Shown here piece by piece: positions 11,698-23,593 of a DNA stretch of 64,000 bases. Location of the stretch: assembly GCA_000004985.1 (NCBI GenBank), contig GG738862.1; one strand, written 5' to 3'. How positions within the stretch are numbered: the first letter of the stretch is position 1; each line of letters opens with the position of its first letter. Below the pieces are notes generated by a model. It ran no database searches, was not told where the DNA came from, and worked only from the letters and a program-made list of their open reading frames with translations. Source of the stretch: Naegleria gruberi. Its lineage: Eukaryota. The position numbers and the translations under genes are program-made.

Positions 11698-13185
11698 ATG
11701 ACTGACAGTTCGTGGCAGATTATTCCTGATGAAATTTTGATCAATATTTTCGAATATTTACATTCGATTGATTATGTCCGTATTGCCCACGTTTCTTCTC
11801 ACTGGAGAAAACTTGCAAAATTATCCTATTGTCATTCGGTGTGGAATTTACAACAATATCACAAGGATTTGAGTAGAACTACTCCATCACTCTGTCAACC
11901 TAAACTAAATAATGATGTTTTATGGTTGTTTTCGAAAGTTTATTTATCAATTGATCCCAATAATGTGAAATTTATTAATGAATTTATCAAGAATTTGTTA
12001 ACTTCTAAAAAATTGAAACATTTAATTGTGGAAAATCCAAGTTTTTTGGAAAGTTCGAATATTTTCAAACAGTTTGATAATGGAGCGACAAGTTGTGAGA
12101 GTCTTACTGCTTTGGAGATTGTTTCTAGTTATGCTATGATTGACTGTATGGATAAATTTCCAAATTTGAAAGTTCTCAAGTTTAGAAATTGTTATGGAGT
12201 AATTGGAATTTCATTGATGAAACATATTCATCAAAGATTGGAGAGTTGTGCTATTGAAAATTCATATTTTGATTCAAAAACGTTTTTCAATGCGATTGAG
12301 AATGGAGTTTCGAATTTAAAAAAGATTAGTTTAGAGTTTATCAAAAAAGAAGATTTAACTGCATTGAGCTTGAGCTCGTTTCCCTATTTGAGAAAATTGA
12401 AAATATCAAAAATTAACCTTCAAATAGCTCACTTATTATGGAATTCGTTTAGTCATCAATTGAAAAAGTTCAATATTACTCTGGCTGATGATGAATATCA
12501 AGTTTTTGATTTTCAAAAAAGAAATGCTCCTCATTTGAAATCATTGCAACTTTGCAACTCAACTTTGGATGAATGTGATATAGAAATGCCTCAATTAGAG
12601 CATTTGGAATTTTATTATGTATACGAATTGCCAGTAATCATTTCCAAATTCGTTGGATTGAAAACTCTAATTATTAGAAACTGTTACGAAATGGATTTTT
12701 CCAATATTGGTCAACTCTTGCAATTACGACACTTGGAAGCAAGTAATGTTGGCGATTTGGAAGCTGTTAGACATATTTCGAAATTGGAAAATATCATTCA
12801 TTTAACAATTTCAGGAATTAATGATGCTGGAAGTGAAATTATTTCTAATGGAAATCTTAGAAACCTGAAATGCTTGGAAATTGATTTTGAAAATCCTGAG
12901 AAATCAGCTTACTATCTCTCACACTCCAATTTAACAAACTTGAGAATTATTCGATTCACTCTCAATGAAGAGGCAAGCAAAATATTCAGTCGAACGAGCT
13001 TGGAATTGAGGACTGTTATTCTAAACGAAATATGTGAAGTTTCACACCTTATCAAGAACTTGCAATGTGACCAAATTGTTGTGTGGACATTAAAACGCCT
13101 CCCCAACTTGGACCAAAATTCCAAATTGGCTATGAAATGCAATAAGAGATTAATATTCACCAATGATTACAAACCATTCCTTTAA
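11698..13185 (+). CDS. F-box / LRR-like protein (495 aa)
   Basis: N-terminal F-box (IPDEILINIFEYLHSIDYVRIAHVSSHWRKLA) followed by Leu-rich repeats. Intact ORF. Confidence 0.75.
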   Translation: MTDSSWQIIPDEILINIFEYLHSIDYVRIAHVSSHWRKLAKLSYCHSVWNLQQYHKDLSRTTPSLCQPKLNNDVLWLFSKVYLSIDPNNVKFINEFIKNLLTSKKLKHLIVENPSFLESSNIFKQFDNGATSCESLTALEIVSSYAMIDCMDKFPNLKVLKFRNCYGVIGISLMKHIHQRLESCAIENSYFDSKTFFNAIENGVSNLKKISLEFIKKEDLTALSLSSFPYLRKLKISKINLQIAHLLWNSFSHQLKKFNITLADDEYQVFDFQKRNAPHLKSLQLCNSTLDECDIEMPQLEHLEFYYVYELPVIISKFVGLKTLIIRNCYEMDFSNIGQLLQLRHLEASNVGDLEAVRHISKLENIIHLTISGINDAGSEIISNGNLRNLKCLEIDFENPEKSAYYLSHSNLTNLRIIRFTLNEEASKIFSRTSLELRTVILNEICEVSHLIKNLQCDQIVVWTLKRLPNLDQNSKLAMKCNKRLIFTNDYKPFL

Positions 13186-13489
13186 AGATGATCAAAATTA
13201 AAAAGACAACCACCACACCAGCTAGCCGACGAGGAAATAACAGTAACCAAACCAGCTGGGGTGGTAAGTTGCCCTTTCTCCTTTCGAAGATCAATGGAGA
13301 CCAGAGGCCGTCGGGGTTGCAGTGTGATCACTTATTCCTCGCTATCTTAAACATGATTAGGGCATGTTTCTGTACCAGTTTAGATTGTAAATAACTCCCT
13401 CTTGTGGTTTATTAATTTTATTATTTTTATTTATGAACTTTCGATTTCAGAACCATATGAGGAAAACAAAGATTTGTTGTGATATGAAT

Positions 13490-16009
13490 TTACTGAGTGA
13501 TGGTGGCGTTGGTGATAAATTGTTGGATAACTTGTTCGGCTTTTGCAATTGCCCTTTTACCTCCTCCTAAGAGAATGCTTACAGTTGTTGGATCAGTAGG
13601 TGTAGTGGTAGTGGTGGCAATTGGGAATTTGATATATTCACATCCTGAACGATATTTGATATGGCTGGATCTGTGTGAAATCTTATTGTATTGTTCCTGA
13701 GTGATTTTAACCTCCTTTTCTCGAATGAGCAAATCATTGATTGTTCCCACTTCATGATAAGATCCAAATACAATAAATGTCTGTTCTGAAGTTCCCATAG
13801 AAACTGATGGAAAGTTCATAACCAGCTCTGCAATATGTTTACCCTTAGAACCAATTAGTTTACCAAGGAAATATTTGGAAGTAAATTGCGGAGTTTCATC
13901 TTGGGTGATTGTTACAACCCTGTTCGGATTATTATTGTTCATAAATTCAAATTCACAATTTTTAGCAAGCTCCTTTCCAACAAAGAAGTAAAGCCTCAAA
14001 TGTTGTTCCTTATTTTCATTTTGGGATTTACTCTTGTAATATTCATCCAGAGGAATATCCACATAAAAGTATCCATCGTCCATTACACCATTTTCCCTCA
14101 AGTATTCTTTTCTTTCTTCTGTAAGGTATGGAAATTCATAATCTCTCAAGGTTCCATCATATAGATAGCTTCTTCTGATAATTGTTGACGCTAGGGAAGG
14201 GCTTTCATTACCAGGTTTAAACTTTTTGTTCATGAGGTGTAATCTTTGTGTTTCATAGAGGAAGAGCAAATATTTTACGTCCAACGCAGCTCCTTCCAAT
14301 TGATCACTACTCAAAGGTCTCGTTTTCCAGTAAGTTTCCTCAGATATTACTTGTTCTTGAATGGTTTTCTTGGAGGAATAATCTATCATACAAAAGTCGT
14401 GTAGTAATCGAACCAATCCCTTAATCTTGAAATAGTTAGTGATTGGGTAGTGAGTTACAAACATTCCTAGGTTGTTGGTGTTGTTATTAGTCACAATAGT
14501 ACTAGGTTGTGAAAGTTGTTTCAATTGCCATTTTTCGTTAATATTTACAATATCCAGGGAGACAATATTTACATTAGCATCAATGTTAGTAAACAATTCA
14601 GTTGAAACAGTTGCTTCACCTTTGGCAGCATTCAAATAAGGGCTAGACGGTGACAATACTGCTTGCTCAGTATTCATCCAAGATTTGATAGTTTCTCGCA
14701 AGTTTTCCAGATTATCATTTATACAATCATCGTCCTCAATGTTCTTTTCACTGAGAAAGACTACCAAATAATTTAATCTGACAATATAGTAAGTCAACTC
14801 TAGATTGGATTCAATTTCTTGGGATATTAACACGTCCAATATCTTTTCAATAAATAATTTTCTCTCAATAACTCTTAGGTGATATAAATTTACAATAAAT
14901 ATAATGTTAAGAAAACCAGTTCTTTCAAACATGTTGGTAGCCACTGTTTTGCTAATTAGTTCAGAGCTGGTAGGTAATATAGAACTATTATGTTTGGCAC
15001 TTTGACTATTTAAATGGTTTCTAGATTGGTATTCGTCAAAATTAGCTTTAGAAAGTGTTGATGTGAATTTTTCAATAGTCTTTTCTATGATTTGATCCTT
15101 GAAGGCTTTCAAAAACTTGTCCTTTCCATCCTTTTGGAAAAATACACTATTCCTAACATTATTTGTAACATCTCTACAAAATTTAGCTGCTATATGGGCA
15201 TCTTTTCTTTCATGTGACTTGAAACTATGGGCTGCATTTACAATCATGTTGGCAATGGAACGAGCACAGTCGGCTTGAAGTTCTGGAGCTTGCTTATAGT
15301 TTTGCTTGTTATAGGTTTCCTTTACAAAATCTTCCAAATCAGTCATGAATCCCTTCAACATGTCACCATAGTGTTCAGGTGAGCTATTTCCTGTAATCAA
15401 ATCGATGTAACAAAACCACTTGACAAACTTGGGCAAGAAGTTTGATTCAAATAAGGATAAAACAGTGTTATTACTCTTATATAGAGAATAGAATACATGA
15501 CTTTGTCTTATAGAAACATCAGCAATTTGTGTGTCGAATGTGAAATTTAGTTTGGTTCCATTCATTTGATAGAAGAGAACATCCGAATCTCTTCTACCAT
15601 CATGGATTACTTTTAGTACTGTTTTGGACTCTAGGAGTTTTCGGAGATTGGTCTTGTTTGATAACTCTTGTCCTCCAATTTTAAATACATCAATAATGTA
15701 AATATCTAGAATTTCAGGATGTAATTTGTTAATTAAAGATATTTGTATAATACATAGTGTTCCACTTTGCTTGACTAGATCAGGAGATCCTTCACAATCA
15801 AGACCAATACAAGGGGTATTGTTGTTGTATAAATGTGTTTGTGAAAAGGAATTTGTCCTATTTCTACATGATTCTCCTTGCTCTAGTAAATCCTCTACTA
15901 TTGGACTTAACTTTTCTGTGTAAACCTCCAAAGAGTCAATCAAGTGAACAACATGATTGATAGAAAGAACATTCGTGTCCGAGACACCATTGTTATTATT
16001 AGAAATCAT
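13490..16009 (-). CDS. 3'-5' exonuclease (DEDD family) domain protein with C-terminal KH domain (839 aa)
   Basis: Exo motifs IGLDCEGS…LCIIQIS, KVIHDGRRDSDVLF and FDTQIA. KH-like LIGSKGKHIAELV near the C-terminus. Confidence 0.7.
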   Translation of the reverse strand: MISNNNNGVSDTNVLSINHVVHLIDSLEVYTEKLSPIVEDLLEQGESCRNRTNSFSQTHLYNNNTPCIGLDCEGSPDLVKQSGTLCIIQISLINKLHPEILDIYIIDVFKIGGQELSNKTNLRKLLESKTVLKVIHDGRRDSDVLFYQMNGTKLNFTFDTQIADVSIRQSHVFYSLYKSNNTVLSLFESNFLPKFVKWFCYIDLITGNSSPEHYGDMLKGFMTDLEDFVKETYNKQNYKQAPELQADCARSIANMIVNAAHSFKSHERKDAHIAAKFCRDVTNNVRNSVFFQKDGKDKFLKAFKDQIIEKTIEKFTSTLSKANFDEYQSRNHLNSQSAKHNSSILPTSSELISKTVATNMFERTGFLNIIFIVNLYHLRVIERKLFIEKILDVLISQEIESNLELTYYIVRLNYLVVFLSEKNIEDDDCINDNLENLRETIKSWMNTEQAVLSPSSPYLNAAKGEATVSTELFTNIDANVNIVSLDIVNINEKWQLKQLSQPSTIVTNNNTNNLGMFVTHYPITNYFKIKGLVRLLHDFCMIDYSSKKTIQEQVISEETYWKTRPLSSDQLEGAALDVKYLLFLYETQRLHLMNKKFKPGNESPSLASTIIRRSYLYDGTLRDYEFPYLTEERKEYLRENGVMDDGYFYVDIPLDEYYKSKSQNENKEQHLRLYFFVGKELAKNCEFEFMNNNNPNRVVTITQDETPQFTSKYFLGKLIGSKGKHIAELVMNFPSVSMGTSEQTFIVFGSYHEVGTINDLLIREKEVKITQEQYNKISHRSSHIKYRSGCEYIKFPIATTTTTPTDPTTVSILLGGGKRAIAKAEQVIQQFITNATITQ

Positions 16010-16572
16010 AATTTCTCCAAAATATATAATCTGATCTTATCCACAATAAATTATATGTTTGATTCTATTAACATTACAAGATGATGATACAATCCTTGTC
16101 AATATATGTACAATATTCCAATATATTATTACTATTATTATTAAAAATATTTAATAACTGTTTGATGATGATGAAATTGTTGTAACTGCTTTCAACACTG
16201 AAAAAATCAACAAAAAAACCTTCAAAGGTTGCGTGTGCTGATGATGTGCAGGAATTTTTTTATGAAGAGAAAAGGTCATTTTTAGCCTTGGAAGATTACG
16301 CGCCAAAAAATCATCAAACAATTGTTGATGAAAATTCAATGTGAAGTTACTATTGGAGATTGATGGTGCAATGTTGTGGTGGTGATGATGAAGGAATTTT
16401 CATAATGCTGATTAATTAAAATTATCGGAATTGATACCGAGAAGATGCACGAATGGAATTTACTTTTGAATATTTGGATAATAATTATTTTAATATTATA
16501 TATTTTAATAATTATATAATAATAATATTATGTTCACAATTTATTGAATATGCATGTCTTTGTATCAAGATT

Positions 16573-17208
16573 TCAAGGCATTACCTTTTTGAGTTGTTCA
16601 TTGACTTGATTTTTCAAAGAATTGATTCCTTCCTTTGCTGCTATATCAATTGTTGATTGAATGAGTTTGGAATTGGATGATGTAAAATCTTTCATTGAGG
16701 AAATTGTTGACTTGACACTCTGTGCCATGTTCTGTTTGAATTTGGAATATCTTGAGGTTATATTTTCCTTAATTTTCTGGATTGCTTGGTTGACTGATTG
16801 TTTGGAATTGTTTCTGAACTGGTTGATCTTGTCTTTCAACATTTGTTCAGTGATTTTTTGTTTATCCCTTACCAAGTTTTCAATTCTATCGACTTCTGTC
16901 TGAGCTTTTGTATTTGTTGCCTCGACAGCTTCCTCAACATTCCTTTCAACTGTTTCTTGGATATCATGATTGACTTTTTGGACTTGTTTATCAATATAAA
17001 ACTTTTTCTTATTGACATAGTTTTGAATTTGATCCTTGACAGCTAAAGTGTCCTCCTTGAAATCTTCCTTCTTTACATTGAGGAATGATGAGCTAGCTGT
17101 AGGTTGATTTGGTTGGAGAGAAACAGATTCAGAGGAAGAGATGGAAAGTACTACAATGAGCAGTATGCCCAATAGCAAGATGGTTGTTTGTTGATTTGTT
17201 TTTTTCAT
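16573..17208 (-). CDS. Secreted coiled-coil protein (211 aa) with N-terminal signal peptide
   Basis: Hydrophobic leader MKKTNQQTTILLLGILLIVVLSISSS followed by a charged, heptad-rich sequence. Confidence 0.6.
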   Translation of the reverse strand: MKKTNQQTTILLLGILLIVVLSISSSESVSLQPNQPTASSSFLNVKKEDFKEDTLAVKDQIQNYVNKKKFYIDKQVQKVNHDIQETVERNVEEAVEATNTKAQTEVDRIENLVRDKQKITEQMLKDKINQFRNNSKQSVNQAIQKIKENITSRYSKFKQNMAQSVKSTISSMKDFTSSNSKLIQSTIDIAAKEGINSLKNQVNEQLKKVMP

Positions 17209-17810
17209 TTTGTTTGATGCTCAAAGAGAATTGTTATGCGAATCGCATACAAAATTTATAATTCGAATTTTTTTCTGTTTTTGGTAAGAGAATTTGATAT
17301 AAGGAAACCATTTGTAACAATGTGCGCCTTTCTTTTCAAGATGCCGTATGAAAATTCAACATGAAATTATAAATCAGATCCGACAATGAAACTCTACCAC
17401 TCCATATTTAATCAAAGTAGACAAAGAAAATATTAAACAATTAAATAATAATAAAAAATAATTTCTGATATTCTGAAGAAAGTAAAAATCAGAAATACCG
17501 AATATTTAATTAATAAAATATTTAATATTAATTACAATTAAGCATATTATAATATTGATTAATTAATAAAATAATAAATATTTTTAAAAAATACTAATAG
17601 CATGTTGAATTTAGAACTTGAACAGTTGAAACGTTAAATGAACATAATAAAGTTCTATTACAATGTAAAATATATTTTAAATATAAAAAACAAAAAATAA
17701 GATAGGGGTCTGATCTTCCTTCCATTTTTGGATTCAACACACAAACAATAAATAGTTTGTAATTAATTTCAAGTTAAGGGCCTGATCTTCCTTCCAAATA
17801 TTGATAAAAT

Positions 17811-17859
17811 GACCCCAGGATTAGAAGTCCTGTGCTCTATCCAACTGAGCTATGACGGC
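17811..17859 (-). tRNA. tRNA-Arg(UCU) 5' fragment (acceptor 5' strand + D arm + anticodon arm only); no T arm or 3' acceptor found. Likely truncated pseudogene or non-canonical gene
   Basis: Reverse complement GCCGTCATAGCTCAGTTGGATAGAGCACAGGACTTCTAATCCTGGGGTC folds as 7-bp acceptor half, D arm and anticodon stem-loop (CTTCTAA, anticodon TCT). The expected GTTCGAATC T arm is absent and replaced by AT-rich sequence containing an 18-nt direct repeat. Confidence 0.4.
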
Positions 17860-18090
17860 TTTATTTCTTCTAATATTAAGGGGAGGCTCACACAACAAAC
17901 AAGTTAGGGGTTATAGTTAAGCTCCCTAAAACCACATTCTTGGAATCGATATCGGAGATGTGTAAATCTTGTCAAACTATCATCACTATTTCTGTTATTG
18001 TAATACACTGTTCAAAAATGTATTCAGTAGTCATTGATTTTCCTCTTTGACCAAAATTCAACACAAAATTCATATGGCTCGCCACGTTTA

Positions 18091-18161
18091 CCGTCTCGGG
18101 AGGAATCGAACCTCCGTCAATGGATTCAAAGTCCACTATGCTACCATTACACCACGAGACG
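18091..18161 (-). tRNA. tRNA-Gln(UUG)
   Basis: Reverse complement CGTCTCGTGGTGTAATGGTAGCATAGTGGACTTTGAATCCATTGACGGAGGTTCGATTCCTCCCGAGACGG gives a complete cloverleaf: 7-bp acceptor, D arm, anticodon loop CTTTGAA, T arm GGAGG/TTCGATT/CCTCC and discriminator G. Confidence 0.8.
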
Positions 18162-19651
18162 AGCACATAGACGCTAAAATTCTTGTGTTGATATAACGCT
18201 ACCATTACGTCTGTTTTTTAATTGTTGCTGGAATCAGTTTCAATGACATTCAACCCTGTTGTAAAGTTAGGTCAATAAATATTGAATGCAAAGTTATAAC
18301 AAGGATTGGTCACATGATTGAACATCAGTTTCGAATTTTCTTTCAACTCGTTGTATACAACAGTTGTTTTAATAGAAGAATATTCTATCATATCCAAAAA
18401 GTTTAGTTTCCTTCCGAATGCATCAAAAAATACCAAATCCGGAGATTCTATTACTAAAAGTAAAATTTAGTAATTTGAATTTCAAAGTTGGTGCAAAAGT
18501 TCTGAAAATCAAGTACAGTTCCCTAATCGTTGAACACTGCATCAAAATTACCTCTATTGTAAATTGTCAACCCTTTCCTGCAAATATATCAACATTGTTT
18601 AGGTTGTCTTTGATTGAAATTTTACTCCCATTCACCAAAACAATATTTTTCATTCATTGGAATGCTCTTCCTTTTCAGTTTACAAATCATCCAAACTCTC
18701 TGCTTTCAATTTGAATATTAAATCATGAAATTTGTCAATTATTAATAACTTGAAGTCTATTGAAATGCAATTCACATGAATTACCTAACAAGTTGAATTG
18801 GTAATCAGACCTGCCATGTGTTGATGGAGATAACGAGGTCTGTGTTTCTCAATATCGACATCCAAAAATTCATCTTTTCAACGTTCATAATCAACACATT
18901 CATATGAATCATAACGAATCTTTCAACATGCATCAATGAAATCCACAATTTCACTTATTTAAATATTTGAAACTTAGTTGGCATTCTGCATTCTCTTTGA
19001 ACATTAAGTGGCGTTCATGGTTTTTCAAATCCACAAACGGAAAGGAAATCTATATTCCGGTTTATCGATAAACACCAAAACACTCTTCTTGTCTCATGTG
19101 TCAGCTATTGATTTTGGTACGATCACCGCTTTATTTACATGTTCCTTCTCATGTCAACTAGAAATGTCTTTATTGATACTTTCTACAGAGCAATAATTTT
19201 GAGAGAATCTTTGTAAGAGCACAATTGAGGCCATCATGTTGACTCTTATTGGACAATCTAAACTGAAATGGTTAGTTTGATAGCTTGTTTGTGATGTGAT
19301 GCATTTTCTCTTGTGAATCACAGAGAGGAGCGAGTTGTTATTATGGTCCAAAAACGCAAAACCACAGTCCAAATGAATAAAAGCCATGAACAATGCGACT
19401 TGTTACCTCAAAACAAATCAAAACAAATAACATCACACCCTGAAGCGAGTGCTAACAACGAACAGCCTTGTTTTCCGAAGCCTTTGAAAACTTATTCTCC
19501 CCAACACCCAATAATTGCTACAGGCTGATCCATCCTAAGATAAATTCTATTAGGTGTTATCACTCTACCAATTAATTCAATCTACCCTTTTAATTTATTA
19601 TCCACTTTATCGCGAGACGTCTCTCTTACACACACAAGTCCAAAGCCTTGA

Positions 19652-21125
19652 TTGCGAGATACCAACCAACAACACCCAACCAACCTACACAACCGAATTT
19701 CCTCATCATCCAAAACAATATATTCACTAACAAAGAAAATGGTCGAAAAGAAAGCTGCTAGTCGTAAGAATTCAAACGGAAGCTCCCTCTTCACTGCTGA
19801 AGATGATCAAAAACTTATCGAAGGCTACAGAAAGTATGGTAACAACTGGAAGGACATTTCCAAAGAGTATTTTAATGGTAAATTCAAGACTAACCAATTG
19901 TTCCAACGTTATAAGAGAGTCCTTGTTGCTAAGGACAAGGAAAGTACCTGGTCAAAGAATGAAGACATTGAACTCCTTTCAGTCTATCATCACTTTGAAG
20001 GATCATGGGTTCAAATGAGCAAGAAGTATTATATTGGTATGTATTCAATTAATGTTTCAATTATTTAATGACATTTGATTAGACACAAGAACTGATAACC
20101 AACTTTCAAATAGATGGGCTAGTTTAAAGAAGAGTTGTTGTTTGATTGATACTTTTGCCAAGTTGAAACCTACTGTCAAGAAGGATCTCTACAATTTATA
20201 TAAGAAAGTTAGAAAGGCTGATGGTCCTGATGCTATTAAGAATACAAATTATACCGATATTGTCGAAATTCCAGACGATTCATTCCCAAAGATTTACCTT
20301 GGTGAAGGTAGAAAGGTTCAAAAAGAAGGATCAAAGAAGAGAAAGTCAACCAAGAAATCAACTGAAACAATTGAATCACCAAAGAAGAGAAAGTCAAATA
20401 CTAAGGATGCTTTCATAGTTGAAGAAGAAGAGGAAGAAGATAACTCATCTGTTTCTTCATCTGAAGAAGATAATACTTCTGAAGAAGCTCCACTTCGTGT
20501 TATTCCAACAAGAAGATCTCAACGTGTAAATTATTCCAAGATGCTCAGTGATGAAGAAGAAGAAGAAAAGCAATCATCACCTGAAGATGAAAAGCCTCAT
20601 CTCTCTGCAGATCAAATCCAATGGCTCAAGGCTCAAAAGTGTCCTGCCAAGAGACAATCATCATCAAGCACTGCTCCATTTACTTTTGATCTTGCTTGTG
20701 ATGAACATCTTGAAAACACTGTTACTCAACAACCACAACCAGTCCAACAACCACAACAAACTGTATCTGTACAACCATTGGCCATGCCAACCAAGCAAAT
20801 CCAATACACAGTTGTTGAAAATCATGATTTTAACTTGGACTTTAACGAAGATGAATTCCTTGAAATTGAAAGATTTATTGGTGCTCCATATAGCCACTAC
20901 GAACAAGAAAGAACCATCTCTATTGAAGATATTGTTAATCAAACAAGAAGCATTAAGGAATTTTTCGAGCAAACAAAACCAACTCCAAAGGTTGAAGAAG
21001 AACAAAATCTATTCGACTTTAATATGACAGATTTTGGTGAAGATGGTCTTGACTTGTTTGATTTCTCCAATCCTTCAAGAGCTCCAAAGTCTCCATTGTT
21101 ATTTGAAGATGGTTTGGACTTTTAA
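19652..21125 (+). CDS. Myb/SANT-domain transcription factor with acidic C-terminal region; join(19652..20036,20083..21125), intron 20037..20082 (GTATGT…AG, 46 nt). Alternative start at 19739
   Basis: Two Myb-like repeats (LFTAEDDQKLIEGYRKYGNNWKDISKEY… and WSKNEDIELLSVYHHFEGSWVQMSKKYYI|DTRTDNQLSNRWASLKK). The splice restores the conserved GRT..Q…RW…L pattern across the junction. The C-terminus is acidic with FDF motifs. Confidence 0.7.
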
Positions 21126-21324
21126 ATCTTGATCATCAATTTTGCCTTCCGAATCTCTCCCACACAAATCTAACGATTGTACTACCCTAAGCTTTTTTAC
21201 TGTACCAGAAATATGTACATAACATCAAATCATTACTAATTTATAAACACAAATCTCTTAAATTCTTGATGCTCATCTTCTTCAAATCCTCCTTCTTGTT
21301 GAATTATTTCCAAAATTTGTCTTT

Positions 21325-22139
21325 TTAGTCCCATTTCAAGAGACCTGCCACAGAGTCTGATCTCTGAGCTGATTGAGGTCTTCCTCTAGGTTTTAATTCA
21401 ATTGTATTTGAATTTAAAACTCTCCAATAATTTGTTGTTGGTAGTAAATCTTTCGATGCTTCTGGCTGTGATTTGTTCATTTGAATTAATTATACATAAT
21501 AAAAATAAGGCTCATTGGTATATTTCATGATCAACTTACCTTGACATTGGCAAATGATCCGCCCTCAAAGGAAGATCTAAGGGCCATTGGACTTGCTCTT
21601 CTTCCTCTCTTATCGGAATGATCGTTCGATGTCTTATCTTCATACGACAATAGACTCTTCACGCTTACTGACTCATGTAGAGATCCACTTAAACCAGCTG
21701 CTGGAGTCGACCCATCTTCTCCTAATGATGATCTATTTGGTCTCTCTCGTGTTGGTGTAATAACCTTTCTTCTATTGTATAAATGATCCTCTGGTGGATT
21801 GATAACTACATTCCTCGATTCATAACTCGCAGATGTTGGCCTCTTTCTCATATACCTTGGAGGAGGAGGTTTACTCTCATCATTTGCCTTAGGACCATCC
21901 CATTTACCTCTCCTTGTTGGTGTCTCACTCCTCGTTGGCACAGGTTGTGTAAAGGTCTTTTTCCTTGGTATCTCCAACTCTTGAGAAGAGTTCAAAATGG
22001 TTTTCCTTCCTGCTGAATAGTTTGCCATTGGAATACTCGATGTATTACTTGTACTCGAATAATTGATACCAGCCCTACCAAACATACTAGTGGCTGGTGA
22101 TGGACTTCTCGTTGGTCGACCTGAGGCAAGTGGACACAT
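21325..22139 (-). CDS. Hypothetical S/T/P/R-rich protein; join(21540..22139,21325..21464) on minus strand, intron 21465..21539 (GTAAGT…CAG)
   Basis: The 202-codon ORF ends …FANVK immediately followed by GTAAGT. An acceptor 75 nt downstream continues in frame for 46 codons to TAA. Confidence 0.5.
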
Positions 22140-22900
22140 TTTTTGTTGTTTTCTTAGAAAATTGTGTTCTCAAATACGTAACGGTTTAAAACGAAGTTAC
22201 CTTTGTATTGTTGTTGTTATTGGTGATGATGTAAGTTAACTTTGAAGGTGGAGATGAAGTAAGTTTGATCAAACTTTTCCTTATTGAACCTCAATTGTAG
22301 AGTTAGTTTGAAAATAAGATACTAGTTCTAAGGATGATTGAATATTGTAGATTTTCACTCTGATACTACAACAACTTCAATAGCGCGGACTCATTTGCTC
22401 CTTTTTTTTCAAAGATGTATTCCTGTAGATCATTCATTGTGTATTACTGATCGAGATGATACACAAGTGTCTTGGTTCTACAACGATCTTGTATGATGGG
22501 CTGATGATGTTTTGAGAAGCAATTTGTGATGCAAAATGAGAAGATTTCAACTCGAGCATGTTGTAGAGTGGTGTGTGAACTACAAAAATTGTAGAATGTC
22601 AGATGGGTTTCGAATTGAGGTGATGGCACACTATGGGAATACAAACAGAACGGATGGGGCTACTCGACAGGGGATTTCTTCTTAATGAGGAAAGTTGAAT
22701 ACTTGATTAGTTTGGTTTCGATTAGTTGAATTATAATTAAGGGTAAAATTTTCAGCACGTTTTGTATTGAATTATAAAGTAATGGATAATTGCAATTCAA
22801 TACATCTCGAATCAATTTCTGCCTCAATAATCAAAAATTTATTTTAATTATTAAAAGAAAATTAAAGTTTCAAGACACTTGCAAGTTGTATGGAAATGCA

Positions 22901-22914
22901 TTTTGGCGCCAAAA
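22901..22914. promoter_or_regulatory. Palindromic E2F-like site TTTTGGCGCCAAAA about 120 bp upstream of the centrin gene
   Basis: Exact palindrome matching the E2F consensus TTTSGCGC on both strands. A second partial GCGCC half-site lies 10 bp downstream. Confidence 0.3.
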
Positions 22915-23035
22915 TGTAAAATTGCGCCACACCTTAAAATAAAATACAAACCTTAAAAAAAATATTCAACCCACCACACTTGGGCCAAATTATTGTATTA
23001 TAGAAAAACTAGATTGAAGTTGTTGATAAGAAAAG

Positions 23036-23593
23036 ATGAGTTCATTTCGAGGAAAGACTGATTATTTGAGCAGAAAGCCATCTCCTTCATCCATATCGTC
23101 GAGTAAATTATCGGGGAAGAAGATGAAATTAAGTGATGAACAAAAACAAGAAATTAAAGAGGCTTTTGATTTATTTGATACAGATAAGGATGGACAACTT
23201 GATGCTCATGAATTTAAAGTTGCTATGAGAGCTTTGGGATTTGATGTTAAAAAGGAGGAAGTTCTCCGATTAATTAGGGAAAATCTTGATGAACGACCTC
23301 TCGATGATTCTTATCCAATGCTGATAAGTGCCGATTCATTCATGCAAGTAATGACAGATAAGATTTTAGAAAGAGATCCACTGGAGGAAATTAGAAAAGC
23401 ATTTAAATTGTTTGATGAGGATGGAACTGGAAAAATCAGTGTTAAAAACCTGAAAAAGATTGCAAGAGAAATTGGAGAAAGTATGAGTGAAGAGGAATTA
23501 CAAGCCATGATTGATGAATTTGATTTGGACAGAGATGGTGAAATTAATGAGAATGAATTTATTGCCATCATGAGTAACAATGAAGATTATTAA
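23036..23593 (+). CDS. Centrin / caltractin (EF-hand protein, 185 aa) with degenerate second EF-hand
   Basis: EF-hand loops [26 protein letters not shown] and [13 protein letters not shown], with centrin-type N-terminal extension and a C-terminal …EDY tail. Confidence 0.85.
   Translation: MSSFRGKTDYLSRKPSPSSISSSKLSGKKMKLSDEQKQEIKEAFDLFDTDKDGQLDAHEFKVAMRALGFDVKKEEVLRLIRENLDERPLDDSYPMLISADSFMQVMTDKILERDPLEEIRKAFKLFDEDGTGKISVKNLKKIAREIGESMSEEELQAMIDEFDLDRDGEINENEFIAIMSNNEDY

Noticed and set aside
17230-17700. Extremely AT-rich block with TTAATTAATAAAATA-type near-palindromes, checked as a possible origin/centromere-like or transposon terminal region
   Set aside because: There are no terminal inverted repeats, target-site duplications or ORFs. 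The composition matches ordinary intergenic DNA around pol III genes in AT-rich genomes.
17700-17900. Isolated TTAGGGG/TAAGGGG motifs near the tRNA cluster, checked as possible telomere-like repeats
   Set aside because: They are single scattered occurrences, not tandem arrays. More likely they are part of the short direct repeats flanking the tRNA fragment.
17972-18205. 77-aa minus-strand ORF (MVALYQHKNF…)
   Set aside because: It is simply the tRNA-Gln gene and flanks read as protein (…SIVDFESIDGGSIPPETV…), not a coding gene.
20221-21027. ORFs 20221..20418, 20548..21027 and 20664..21005 overlapping the Myb gene
   Set aside because: They are out-of-frame or antisense readings of the repetitive, acidic GAA/GAT-rich second exon. 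The in-frame Myb ORF explains the region.
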